In this document: piece by piece, positions 50,532 to 61,826 of the stretch | Layout of the letters: every line of letters begins with the position of its first letter | How positions within the stretch are numbered: the first letter of the stretch is position 1 | Source: Takakia lepidozioides | Taxonomy: Eukaryota > Plantae > Bryophyta | Direction of reading: 5' to 3' | Assembly: GCA_030704615.1 (NCBI GenBank) | Contig: CM060733.1 | Coordinates: forward strand, 7,502,001 to 7,566,000 | Length of the DNA: 64,000 bases | Notes under the pieces: model-generated | What the model was told of the DNA's origin: nothing | What the model saw: the letters and a program-made list of their open reading frames with translations, nothing else | Database searches by the model: none | Program-made: the position numbers and the translations under genes

Positions 50532-53083
50532 ATGGCCTCCAGTCTGACATACACGACCCCTCTTTCATCATCTCGTGCCCGAGGTGCCAAAATCCTTCCT
50601 CGGTGCCAGTTAAGGTCATCCTGGATTCCATCTGATTCTCGCGCCTACCGGATTCCCCAGTTTGCAGGGCCGTCTTCCCAGCTGTTATCAGCTTGCTGCC
50701 ATACCCAAGATTCGAAGCATTCGTTCGCACATTCTTGTTTGAATTTAGGCACAGCTTTGACAAAATTTGAAGTAAGTGTTGGAGGGAATCCACTGTGCTG
50801 TGTCCCTTCCCACAGACTTTCAAGCGGAAATCACATTCGTAGTCAATTGGGCAGAGTAGCATCCTGCAGCCAAGTGTTGATGATTCAAACAGAAGTGGAA
50901 ATTTGCTCACACGCTCGATCGAACGCAAAGTTAAAGCGTCGCTTAGATTATAGCGAAGGGAACAGTTTTGTGAGTATGAGATTCGGAGCTTGTTGTTTAT
51001 GTCAAGGGCGGCGGGGCCGCAGCTGGCAGGTCGAACCCCGGGGAAGTAAGCAGACTAATGATTTCATCAAAATGGATTCTTCAAGGTTCCTCTGTAGATT
51101 TAAGGAGTGGTTTAGTGAGCTTCCATCTTTCGCAATGGGAATGGAGGCCGTGAATTGGCAGGAGCTGGAGCTTGCACTCATATCAGTAGGAATGCTCTCC
51201 CGTGGACAGGAATGTGCGATCTGCATGGTAGGATTTGAAGATACAGGGTATGCGGTTGGCGTGAAGAGAAATGACATACACCAGAGAGAGAGGGGCGCTT
51301 CCAATAATTCGGTGCATTTGGTAGCACAGAGACTGCGAGCAAAACCGGGACAGGTAGCACACCATCAGCCTTTGAGTTCTGTTTCGTGGACAAATCTAGA
51401 TGGAGGGTCACTGAGGAATTTCAATGCCTATCAATTGTACTACCGCCACTTTGTATAGTAGAGATGGTCGGCCCCCCTTAACGTACTCTGTCTGTTTCTC
51501 TGCATTTCTCAATTTCTTTTGAATCCATGAGTGTCAGTGCTCATCTTACCAGGGGGGTGTGGTTTCAATTTGAGATTCATATCTCCGTAGAATCCCAAAA
51601 GAGCCACAGATCTTTCCTGGACCTCAACAGAACACATGTTTGGATCAAGTTTGTTGCCATCAGTTTTTGTGGGCCAAGCTCATATTAGCTTTGAGAAGCA
51701 TGTTCTGCACTTGCTTATCTCTGTGACGGACAGAGTTGTAGAGCATGCTAGTGATAGGCAGAGTCACTGTCATGCCAGCTCATCGGCCGTTTTGTTTGTC
51801 AAGGGTGGTCAATGTAATACTCTTCAGTGGATGCACAACTGCAGCTGCACATCTACAGAGAACAATGAAACCGAAGAAGAAACCAAGGAGGAAGGTATGT
51901 TTCACTTGTGAACTTTGCCTTGCTATTATATCGGTTATTGGCACTGTGCTGTACCTTTGTTGCTAACGAGAACTGGCATTGATCTGGGGGAGCAATGGCA
52001 GCTCCCTACTTAGAATGCCAGGGTTATATGCTGTGGGTCTGTGACTGCAAGGCTACTGCCTCTTTAATGGCAAAGCATTATTCTTGCCAGTACACACGTA
52101 CGATCTCACCAAGCTGGGGTCATCGTGGATTTGTAGCAGGGGCTAAGCTGGCCCTTGCGATGGGAGGGGACACCTTTGGCCGTGTTTTATTTGGAGCCCG
52201 GCCAGATCTATCTAATCCTGTTTGCTCCCGCACTCTCGCTCCCATGTGGCACTACACAGCAGTTATATCTGGCATTTCTAAGTTGGTGGACGTGTATGGT
52301 GTCCAAGTGTGAGTGGAATTCCACTTCTACTGCAATCTCACAGATTGACCTCCAACTCTACTTGGAAAAGTTCTAAGATAAATCTGATTGCTTCAATCTG
52401 TCTAATATATACTTTCTTCCCCAGGGATTGAGGAGGAGAGTGCAGGAGTTCACTTTGCAGTTTCTGCACTCAAATTCTATAAACGTGGGTATCTGTCTCT
52501 TGCTTTTACCCTCGCTCCCTCCCTCTCCCTTTCTCTGACACCTGAAAGAGCTTTGCCTTTGCCATTGCCATTGCATGAAAGTTCGAGCAACATGGGGCCA
52601 AGACATCTGATTAGTTTTGTTTGGGTTGACAGTAAACTGACTAGCTGTCGACTTCTAGGAAAATGTGGTGATTGATTGAGGTCACCAATCACTGATTTTA
52701 CTATCTTTCTCTGTTGAAATCATGAGTGTTTAAAAAAATAATAGTCTCTTCATTCAATTCTTGTGGGTGTGGCAGGTGAGATATCACCCTACATCCCAGG
52801 CAGCTGCCGTTATGTGCCAACATGCAGTGAATATGGGATGCAAGCCTTCAAAAAGTATGGGGTTGTGAAGGGTGCTATTTTAACCGCCTGCCGCCTCTCA
52901 CGATGTAACCCACTAGGTAAAAATATCTTCACCTCTTTGCCTTAGATTTGTTCAAGTCAAAGATATCAAATCAATCCTCCAGAAGCCATTGAATGGGTCT
53001 TGAGATGTTGGTTTTTATATGCAGGTGGAAGTGGATTTGATCCTCCCCGTTGGTTTGGAGAGGACAGACCTCCTTCATACTGA
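50532..53083 (+). CDS. yidD: YidD/UPF0161 membrane-protein insertion efficiency factor homolog, probably plastid-targeted; 3' exons 51828-51894, 52425-52484, 52776-52916, 53025-53083; first exon end uncertain (50771 or 50969)
   Basis: Spliced product AVSALKFYKREISPYIPGSCRYVPTCSEYGMQAFKKYGVVKGAILTACRLSRCNPLGGSGFDPPRW (haemolytic/YidD domain). Ser/Arg-rich N-terminus. Confidence 0.85.
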
Positions 53084-53085
53084 AA

Positions 53086-53420
53086 AACAAAATCTGGTGC
53101 CCAAGAGAACACTGACCCGTGAGAAAGCGAGTGCTCTCTACAGACACATGCTCGTACTCAGCTCTTGTCCACCGAAGCCAGACTCTTGCACCACCCACCC
53201 ACCTTTCAGTTGGTGGTGATACTAGTTACTGTGAATTTCAACAAACAAGTATCAACAACAAGATCTGGTGCCCAAGAGAACATTGATCCATGAGAAAGCG
53301 AGTGCTCGTCACAGACACATGCTTGTACTTAGCTCTCGTCAACCGAAGCCAGACTCTTGCACCACCCACCTTTCTGTTGGTGGTGATAATAGTTACTGTA
53401 AATTTCAACAAACAAGTGTC
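53086..53420 (+). repeat. ~170-bp tandem duplication immediately after the YidD stop codon
   Basis: ATCTGGTGCCCAAGAGAACA...GAAGCCAGACTCTTGCACCACCCACC...TTTCAACAAACAAGT occurs twice. Confidence 0.92.
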
Positions 53421-54583
53421 AGGACTCCACAATAGCAATTCTAAGGACAAATTAATCCAACATGATGTTCCTGAGCTCTCGATTGCAAATTGATGGCATG
53501 ATTCCCAGGAAATGGGTCCCAATCTATGTGTTGGACGTCCACTCAAGCTTGGACAACACAGTTTAGTGTTTAGCTGCTATAAGTCACTGGCTTACCTAGT
53601 ATTGTGAATCACCCAGGTTTTCACTTTTCATAGTAGGTTACCTTTACTGGGAAAGTCTGTACATTTAAAACTGGAATTCAAACGTCTGATGAGGGCTGCT
53701 GGAGATTGGAAAGTAACAAGTAGCAGATTGAAGTTGCACTTGATGCGCACAATCACAATCTTAGCAGTCATGCCATCAGTGTTATCTGACTGAACATGCA
53801 CTCAAAAGAGGAGCTTTGCTTACTGCGGAGGCAGAGACTCCATCACCAGGTTCACCACATTGATTGAAACAACAAGAGAGAGGTCCACAACTGAATTTAA
53901 AATTTCACAGCCAATCACTGTCAGGCACGCAGCAAGTACACCCACTAACCAGAGTAAGACATGGTATAATGTATGTAAAATGTCAAAGTCACAATGTTAG
54001 TGATTGAAAGAGAAGGCACTACCACACTGGAGAACTTTCTACTCTCAGTGCCAGTTGATACAAAGCTCAATCCTTTCATAGGTACAACTGTACCAAACAT
54101 TCTTGCACAGCTGGGTGCGCAAAGCTTCTGACCTGCGATATCCCACCACAATTGCCCACAAACAAAACACCTCTGTGTATGGAAAAAAAAAAAAGGGGGT
54201 GGACGCGTTGCCGAAGCAAGCATAACTTATGGAGTCACTTGACCTAGAAGGGCTACTGCCTTCCGGTAGGAAGGTGGAAAATGGAAAACATCCTATAGAG
54301 TGTACCTCGTCCAGTGGCATAGCATTAACCCCCTCCTTGTCACATGTCCCACAGCTGAGTACTATTTCTGATGTCAAGACCTCAAAAGGCATCCAAATTC
54401 ATTAGAATTCCTGAATACAATGTTGGTTACTACAAAAATGTACTCAATTGGTGAGTAACTATAGCCTCGTGCGACTGATAATATGATCCTAACAAGAATG
54501 TGCAAAAATTCCTTAGTGAACCTCTCCAGCATCAGCATTTGCTGATCCAAACTCAAGCCCACCACAGGAAGGGCAAGAACCCC

Positions 54584-55915
54584 TCAGGACGAGTGCTTTG
54601 CTTGGAACGCTTTCATGTGAGAAACAAGCTTCTCAACTCCTGCCCTAGGCATAGCATTGTAAATGGAAGCTCTAACACCCCCAACCGATCGATGCCCCTT
54701 CAGCTGCACCATCCCTTGTGCGGTGGCCTCCTTCAAGAAAGCAGCTTCAAGTTCTGGCGTTTGCATGGTAAACGGAACATTCATGCACGATCGCACTGAT
54801 TTCTCCACGGGACATTTGTAAAACCCATTGCTCTCATCGATCGCATCATACAAAAGCTGCGCCTTCTCAATGTTCCTCTTCTCGATTGCCTTTAAGCCCC
54901 CCTGTGCCAAAAGATCCTCAAAAACAAGCCCACACACATAGATTGTGAAGCAGGGGGGTGTGTTGTAAAGAGACTTGTTGTCTGCATGGATTTTGTAATC
55001 GAGCATGACAGGTGACTGTGGCTGCGCATAACCAAGCAGATCCTTTCTTATGATGACTATGGCTACCCCAGCCGGACCAATGTTCTTCTGCACCCCTCCG
55101 TAGATGATTCCAAACTTGGACACATCAATCGGTTTTGAACAGAAATTAGAAGAAACGTCAGCAACCAGAATCGTCTCCTCGCCGACATTCGGATAGTCCT
55201 TGAACTCCACCCCGTGGATTGTCTCGTTTGCACAGATGTGTACGTACTTAGCCCCTGGAGAAAGCTTGATCTCTTCTTCTCTAGGCAGCCTTGTATACTT
55301 CTCTGCCTTCCCGCTCCACACCAAATTGACCTTGCAATACTTCTGGGCCTCCTTGTAGGCCTTGTCACCCCAAGACCCTGTGACGATGAAATCTGCCACA
55401 TCATCTGGCTTGCACAGATTCAGAGGAATAGCAGAAAACTGGGTGGATGCACCGCCTTGCAGGAACAAAACCTCATAGTTGTCAGGGATCTCAAGCAGTT
55501 CTCGGAAATCCGCCTCGGCTTTCTGAATAATGGACAGGAATTCCTTGCCGCGATGGCTAACCTCCATAATACTCATCCCACAGCCGCGCCAGTTAAAGAG
55601 CTCCGCCTGAGCTTGCTTCACGACGTTGGCTGGGAGGGTCGCAGGACCAGCACCGAAGTTGAAAACCCTGCCATCGTCCCTCAAGATCTCACTATCCAAC
55701 ACCTTCTGATCAGCAACAGCAGATGGCACAGTGGCAGTGCATGTGGAGACAAGGCGCTGCACCTTTCTGGTCCTCTGACCCTTGGATTGCTGCACACTCA
55801 CTCCCACAAAATTTCCTTTGAAACCAGACCTCATCTCTCTCCCAAAATCCACCTGTGGCCTTGCACCCATCTGAGCCACAGCACCCGCAGCGTGTGCTGC
55901 CATCACCGCCTCCAT
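54584..55915 (-). CDS. PSAT: Phosphoserine aminotransferase, plastid-targeted, intronless CDS
   Basis: [43 protein letters not shown] (PLP lysine), [24 protein letters not shown]. Confidence 0.97.
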   Translation of the reverse strand: MEAVMAAHAAGAVAQMGARPQVDFGREMRSGFKGNFVGVSVQQSKGQRTRKVQRLVSTCTATVPSAVADQKVLDSEILRDDGRVFNFGAGPATLPANVVKQAQAELFNWRGCGMSIMEVSHRGKEFLSIIQKAEADFRELLEIPDNYEVLFLQGGASTQFSAIPLNLCKPDDVADFIVTGSWGDKAYKEAQKYCKVNLVWSGKAEKYTRLPREEEIKLSPGAKYVHICANETIHGVEFKDYPNVGEETILVADVSSNFCSKPIDVSKFGIIYGGVQKNIGPAGVAIVIIRKDLLGYAQPQSPVMLDYKIHADNKSLYNTPPCFTIYVCGLVFEDLLAQGGLKAIEKRNIEKAQLLYDAIDESNGFYKCPVEKSVRSCMNVPFTMQTPELEAAFLKEATAQGMVQLKGHRSVGGVRASIYNAMPRAGVEKLVSHMKAFQAKHSS

Positions 55916-57016
55916 CTCTCCTCGCCTTCTCTCTGTCTGTCTGTGGCTCTCTGCGGCCCTCTCTCTGTCCGTCTCTCTCTCTCTCCTTCCCTCGCAAGTC
56001 GCAACGCTCTCGTGCGCGCTTTACTGTCACACCGATGGATGGACGAATTGTCGGTGCAGGAATTTATGCAATTCTGCCAAAACGGATGAATGAACTGCCA
56101 CATCGACAACTCCACCACCGGCACACTGTATATATAGAGAGTAGGTATGACAAAGTTTCATTTGTTGGCCTCTTGTAGAGAGAGAGACTTTGAAGTCAAT
56201 GGAGAAAATGTGGTCAAAGGACCTCACACCGTGCCAAGGCTCCGATTGGTGTGTTGTGCTGAGTCATGCCCCTTACTCTTACTTACCTTTATCTTATGTG
56301 TTGCCAAAGCAAGAGAGCCCATCGCCGTTTACTTGGTTTTATTTTTTTACTTTTTTAAATATCTTTTTTATACTTGGTTGAGAGTAGTGGGAGTCTGATT
56401 GACTGTCAAATGTGCCTGTTTTTGTGGGAAAAGTGTATCCACATTGGCAGTAATAATGGGGTGTGAAGGTTGCTGACCACCTATCAGTGACCCACTGGTA
56501 ACTTGATGGGAAGACAAGTCAAGCTTCACTGGCCCAGTGCCTCACTTTCCCACAGGTATATAATTAAGTGCCAAGGAACAACTTTTTTTTTAAATAAAAA
56601 GGGGAGGAAGCCCTTTAAATCATATTAATAAGATCATGGATAAAATAACCAGCAACTAACTACTCACTACCCACCGTTGAAGGTCACCTGAAATATATAT
56701 AGATATAGAGTAATATATATATATTCCAAATGTCCTCTAGCAAGTCCAATCAGGCTCACGTTTGTTCATTTGATCATTGCATTGGCAACAAATATTCCCT
56801 TCTTCAAGTACTCAGCTATCCTCCCTCATGAAGCGAAATCCTACTGGCTACATTGACATTTTTCAAGAGGACTTGGGTGTCTATCACCATGCTCAAGAGT
56901 GACAGGCTATTAAAAGTTGGAGCGTTTGGTGTTTGGTGCAAGATTTCCGTAAGGTTAAGAAATGCGCAATTTGCATGGGATGCTAGAAGCTAGGCATAGG
57001 ATCCACAACATGTCTT

Positions 57017-57165
57017 GGCAATAAAATAATATATGACGCCTCCCAAAGGAAGAGTAAATTATGCCATCTCTTGACCCCCAAGGCCTTCCAGCATGAAGGT
57101 GGACACCTTTGTGACACCATTCAGTGCATGCACCCACACCCACTTCTAAGGTGATATGTGCCCCC
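57017..57165 (-). mobile_element. Diverged second copy of the SINE-like element at 37257-37405
   Basis: Shared blocks GGCA.TAA.ATAATATATGACG, GTAAATTATG, CTTTGTGACACCA, ACCCACA, AGGTG.TATGTG. The B box is degenerate. Confidence 0.65.
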
Positions 57166-57528
57166 TTGTTTATTACTTGGTTGTCTCTCTTGTCTCCCTT
57201 GGCAATGATGATCCAAGAGAGAAAACTCTGGCTCAAGCCGGTGTAACTACTAGAAACTAGAAACAGTTTGCCTTCTCATTCATTGCTCCCTTTTGGAGGC
57301 TGATGGGCACTATATCATTTAGTGTTTCAGCTTACGGGTTGATTGTTTTCTATTGTATGTTTATTGGCCCTCAATGCAGTGCTTGTTATGTGTATTGATC
57401 ATAGCAAAAAAAAACTAACTTATGGTGTTACTTCACCCTACTAGGAGGTGGACAGTTGTAACGGCAGTAATTGGAACAAGCTGTAAACCGCAAGAGGCTT
57501 TGTCCATTGCAGCAAAAGAGAGGGGAGC

Positions 57529-59643
57529 TTAAATGAAAGGGGATGATATTTCTGTTGATACAAAAATAGGAATATTGTTTGGAAGTTTGTAAGCGATGTA
57601 TATTGGTTTGTGATAGTCCGTCCAATATGCTTCTGTGGTACCGGATTTAGAGTCTTTCCCTAACATATTTGCCCATATGTGGTCTAATTGTGAGCCACTC
57701 TTTGTTGTGCTCATTTGAAATTGTGACTGAAGTTTATATGTATTCATAAAGTTGTGTAACTGTGAATTTACGTCATTGATATGTAACAAATCAATGTTGA
57801 AGTCTCCCAATATTATTATTGGGCATTGAGGAGGGGCCTTTAAAATGAAAGTTTCAAGATATTTTAGAAATAGTTTGGTGTCTGTAGAATGTGATCTATA
57901 TATAGATATGACATATATTGCTTTACGTGTATTTATGTTGAAAGTGGCAGCTATGTATTCTGAACCAGTACATATTAATGTTTCTGAATAATTAAGCGTC
58001 ATGTTTTTTGTGTATAACATAAGAGCGCCATGACCATCGTAAGCTCCTATATAATTAAATTTTGTGGTACCTATGTATTGTTGTAACTCAGATGTTGAGT
58101 GATGAACTCTTGTTTCAGTAAGGCAAAGGATGTGAGATAATTGTAAAGTGTGGTCAGAGTTGATGTCTTTGTGATGTTGGCGAAGAGACGTTGTGTTTAG
58201 AGCTTGAATTATGATATGGGAATATTGGTATATACTTAAGTTAGGAACTAGTAGTTCCCATTTTGCATTTGATTTGAGTCTGAGCATCTCGTGATTTCCA
58301 GAGTCATCAACTCGGAAGTTGGTTTGGTGCAATGGAGATAAAATATATAACTTTTCTTTGGTGCGAACACGAGAAAGTGTTGTATAAGTTAGGCCATGTT
58401 TACAAACGTTAGTAGGATCAAAAGCCATTTCATCCAATGATAAACCTTGAGATCGATGGATTGTTCTTGCAGCAGCAGGTTGTAGTGGAAATTGGATTCT
58501 TGTGAATACATGAGAGTCAACGTTCCCTATTCTAATTTCTTTTGTGATAGGTTCAATTGGAGTCCAAGTTTGGATTATATTGTCCGTATAAAGGTGTTGG
58601 TTTTTATGTCTAGTGAGTAATCCTTTTTTTGGATTTTGAAAATCAATCCAAATGATGTCTTTATTATTAGTAGATGTTGTTGCTTGAAATATACCATCTG
58701 CACCATTAACTAGACCATCATATGGTGGAGACCTATTGTTTTGGATGAGTCTTTGCTTAAATTTAGAGATGGAGGTGTCGTACATCAATAGCTTCAAATT
58801 TATAAATTTGGCCTAAGGTTATGGAAAAAATATAATCATTATGTGCACAGGTTAATTTGTTAGTGTAGTATATGTATGGTAGTGTTGGGGTAAGGGGTGG
58901 AGTCTTTAGGTATGGACTATTTATGGTATTTATATCTTCAATTGTTTGTGATGTTGTTCGAAACCGATTAAGTATTTCAATAAATGTGTCATCAGATTGA
59001 CGCATAACTGTTTGCAATTCATAGCATTTGACATGTGTATGCCAACTGTGGGGCGCAAGGGCGTCTAGTCCAGATTGCAATTTTTAAAATATTCATCTAT
59101 CTCTCACCAGTGGAGCTTGATAGAAATCTCCAGTCATTATGACATCTAAGTTTCCAAAAAAATGGTTATGTATATGCTTAATAGATCGTAATCTTTGGTC
59201 AATGGCTTCAAATATTCTGCTACCGACCAAGGATATTTCATCAATAACTGCAAGTTGTAGTTGTTCATATTGAGCTGTCAATTTGTTTAGTGTATCTGAT
59301 GATAGTTTTGATATGTGTGTTAAATTTTGATTTATCGGTATACATAATGTGGAGTGTATAGTGGAACCATCAATGGTTAAATGCAGTCTTCCATGTATAA
59401 GCCATAAGTATAGCTTTGATTTTAGTGCCAAGCTGTTGGTTGTATAATCGTAATAAATCTTGAATAATTAATTTTAATGTAAATGTTTTACTTGTACCAG
59501 CACCTCCTGTTAGAAATAAATGTATTGGTTTAGTGGGATGTACTCTTTTGCGAAACATACAATTGTCAAAAATACATCTTTGTTCTGGATTTAGTTGTCT
59601 TAGAAGACAACGAAATTGTTGCTCATCCATTAAAGTTGGGCAT
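57529..59643 (-). mobile_element. Degenerate Helitron/Helentron-type element: PIF1 helicase followed by an APE/EEP endonuclease; truncated by an LTR insertion
   Basis: PIF1 motifs LFLTGGAGTSKT, VIDEISLVG, FGNLDVIMTGDFYQ, ELQTVMRQSD, QFPLQPAAARTIHRSQGLSLD, YTTLSRVR. Then in the same ORF EEP motifs LNTTSL, LCLTET, IILGDFNID, QLDHIW, TDYHKPI. Several frameshifts. Confidence 0.87.
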
Positions 59644-60080
59644 TGTAACAAGGTAGAATCTAGAAGGTTCTAGATGGAGGAAGAAAGTTCTCTAGAAGTT
59701 TCTAGAATAACTAGGAAGGATCCTAAGAAGTTTGACTTAAGGAAGTTTGACTTGAGGCTCTCAAGTCAATCCTCTAAGATATTCATATTATGGAGAGTAG
59801 GTCAAATCTTTGATAAATTCATATTATGGAGAATATGTCAAACCTAGGAAAGTTGACTTTAGCAAGTATCTTTGATAAAGTCGTATTGTGGAGAATATGT
59901 CAAACCTAGGAAAGTTGACTTTAGGAAGCTTTGACTTGAGGCTCTCAAGTCAAACCTTTAAAATAATCATATCGTGAAGGGTATATAAACCTGCATTGAA
60001 AGCCTAGAAGGCATGAAGTTGTTTTGGGAAAAAGTTGAGAAGTACTTCTATTCTAGTTTGTGTAGATCCTGAGTGTTACA
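59644..60080 (+). repeat. 5' LTR (437 bp) followed by a tRNA-iMet-type PBS at 60082-60094
   Basis: TGTAACA...TGTTACA termini. TGATATCAGAGCC is one mismatch from TGGTATCAGAGC. Contains a duplicated TTGACTTGAG-GCT-CTCAAGTCAA hairpin and a TATATAAA box. Confidence 0.9.
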
Positions 60081-61780
60081 ATGATATCAGAGCCTAGTCT
60101 TTTTTAAAGTTGGGAGTGAATACCTTCTTTAGGAGGATTCAATTAAGATGTTTTTTTTTAGAGATTTTTATTGTTAATATTTTTAAGTGTTGAATAGATA
60201 GTAGTGATGGTGCGCCATAACGATAGTATAAAAATTTTATGGACTTAAATCAACCCCCTTTCCGTGATTTTCTTTCGGAGTGTGAATTTAAATTTATATG
60301 TCGTCGTAAAGCAGAAATTAGAGATATGATAGTACAGAGATTTGGAGAGGAACAATATCAAGAAGTGTTACAAAACCCACGACCTGTCGTCTTTCTTATA
60401 ATTAGAAATTGGAAGGTATACATATGTGTATATACATAGCTCATGGATCGAGGTAGATATTTTCCGCCTAATTTTCCACCGCCAAATGTATTTAGTATCA
60501 ATGTGCGCGTCATCGACAAGCATCATCTTGTGTGATTTTAGTTGCAGAATTTGGGGTAGAATTCATGAACCTTGTCATGAGTTCAAACGTCCCTTTTGTA
60601 TTACCAATAGTCACGTACGGGATGATTTGGGATTGTACTATTTACATACTGTATTAGGATAAGAGAATAGAGATAGTATACATTAATTTTAGAAGACAAA
60701 CACTACGAAGGAAGGAGTAGTGAAGCAAGCTGGTGGACAATGAAGAAATTGTGGACAACGCACACACTACTCATCAAGTCAATGATCAGACGATGTGGAT
60801 AATAGAGCGCTTACACGAATTGCAGAATGCTCTTGTCACGACCCAACAACAAAACAACGTGTTGATGGAGGAGCTTAAACAAGTGAGACAATCAACCGCC
60901 CCGGGACTGGTTGCTGATGGGTCGGATACGTTGCTGCAAAAGATGACTTAGACATGCAAGGTCGACGTATAAAGGAAGTCGCGCAATGGGAGTGCTAGAA
61001 GGATGGATTTATCGAATGGAGGTACATCTGTCATATTTTCCTACATCAAGTGATTTGAACCACGGAATGTTCATACGATCTCGACAATGCTTCAACATGA
61101 TTACAGACATGGGAGAGAAGACAGATTGCAAAAGGAGAACTTTTACTATGGAGCACCTTGAAAGCGGGACTGCTCCAACAATTCAAGGCAGTAGATGCTG
61201 TTACAACTGCTCAAATGAAATTATGGAACTTGGAACAACGCGGGAGTGTGCAAAATTACATTGAAGATTTTTTGAATGTTCAGGTCCAAATCGAAGACAT
61301 GAGTCCTGCAGAAGCTTTAGACAACTTCAAAAAAGGATTGAAGAAGAAAATTCAAGGAGAGGTAATTTTACGCAACCCAGTTGATGTCCATGAAGCAATT
61401 TCATTGGCCCAAAAGATTGAAGGGACGCTACCAAAATACGACGAAGGTATACACGTTCCATTGAACCAATACGGATCAACGCCTATGGAGCTTGGAAATC
61501 TTCGAAGACGGGATAACTTCCAATACTCTTAAAGAAATAGGCCGTGAATCAGATATGGGGAAGATAACACACAGCGGCGAATGAAATTGAGTGACAAGGA
61601 TGTGACCTCCTCAACATTCTCACGAACAGAAGGACAAAGAGAAACTCGACAATGTTACAACTGTGGAAAATACGGACATCTTGCAGCCAACTGCCGAAGT
61701 GGAAGGTACAATCGACAAACTTATCGAAAACCTCTTAACAGTTTAAGGAGAGGAGAAGATAACGAACATCACAATGAGCA

Positions 61781-61826
61781 GGAAAACGAGGACAACCAGT
61801 AAGTAGACCTCGCGGTCTTACTGGTT
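61781..61826 (+). promoter_or_regulatory. Putative -1 programmed ribosomal frameshift signal between gag and pol
   Basis: Slippery G_GAA_AAC at 61781-61787, then the hairpin ACCAGTAAG-TA-GACC-TCGC-GGTC-TTACTGGT. The -1 frame is open from the site into the protease. Confidence 0.75.

Noticed and set aside
55214-56089. 291-aa plus-strand ORF
   Set aside because: Antisense shadow of PSAT.
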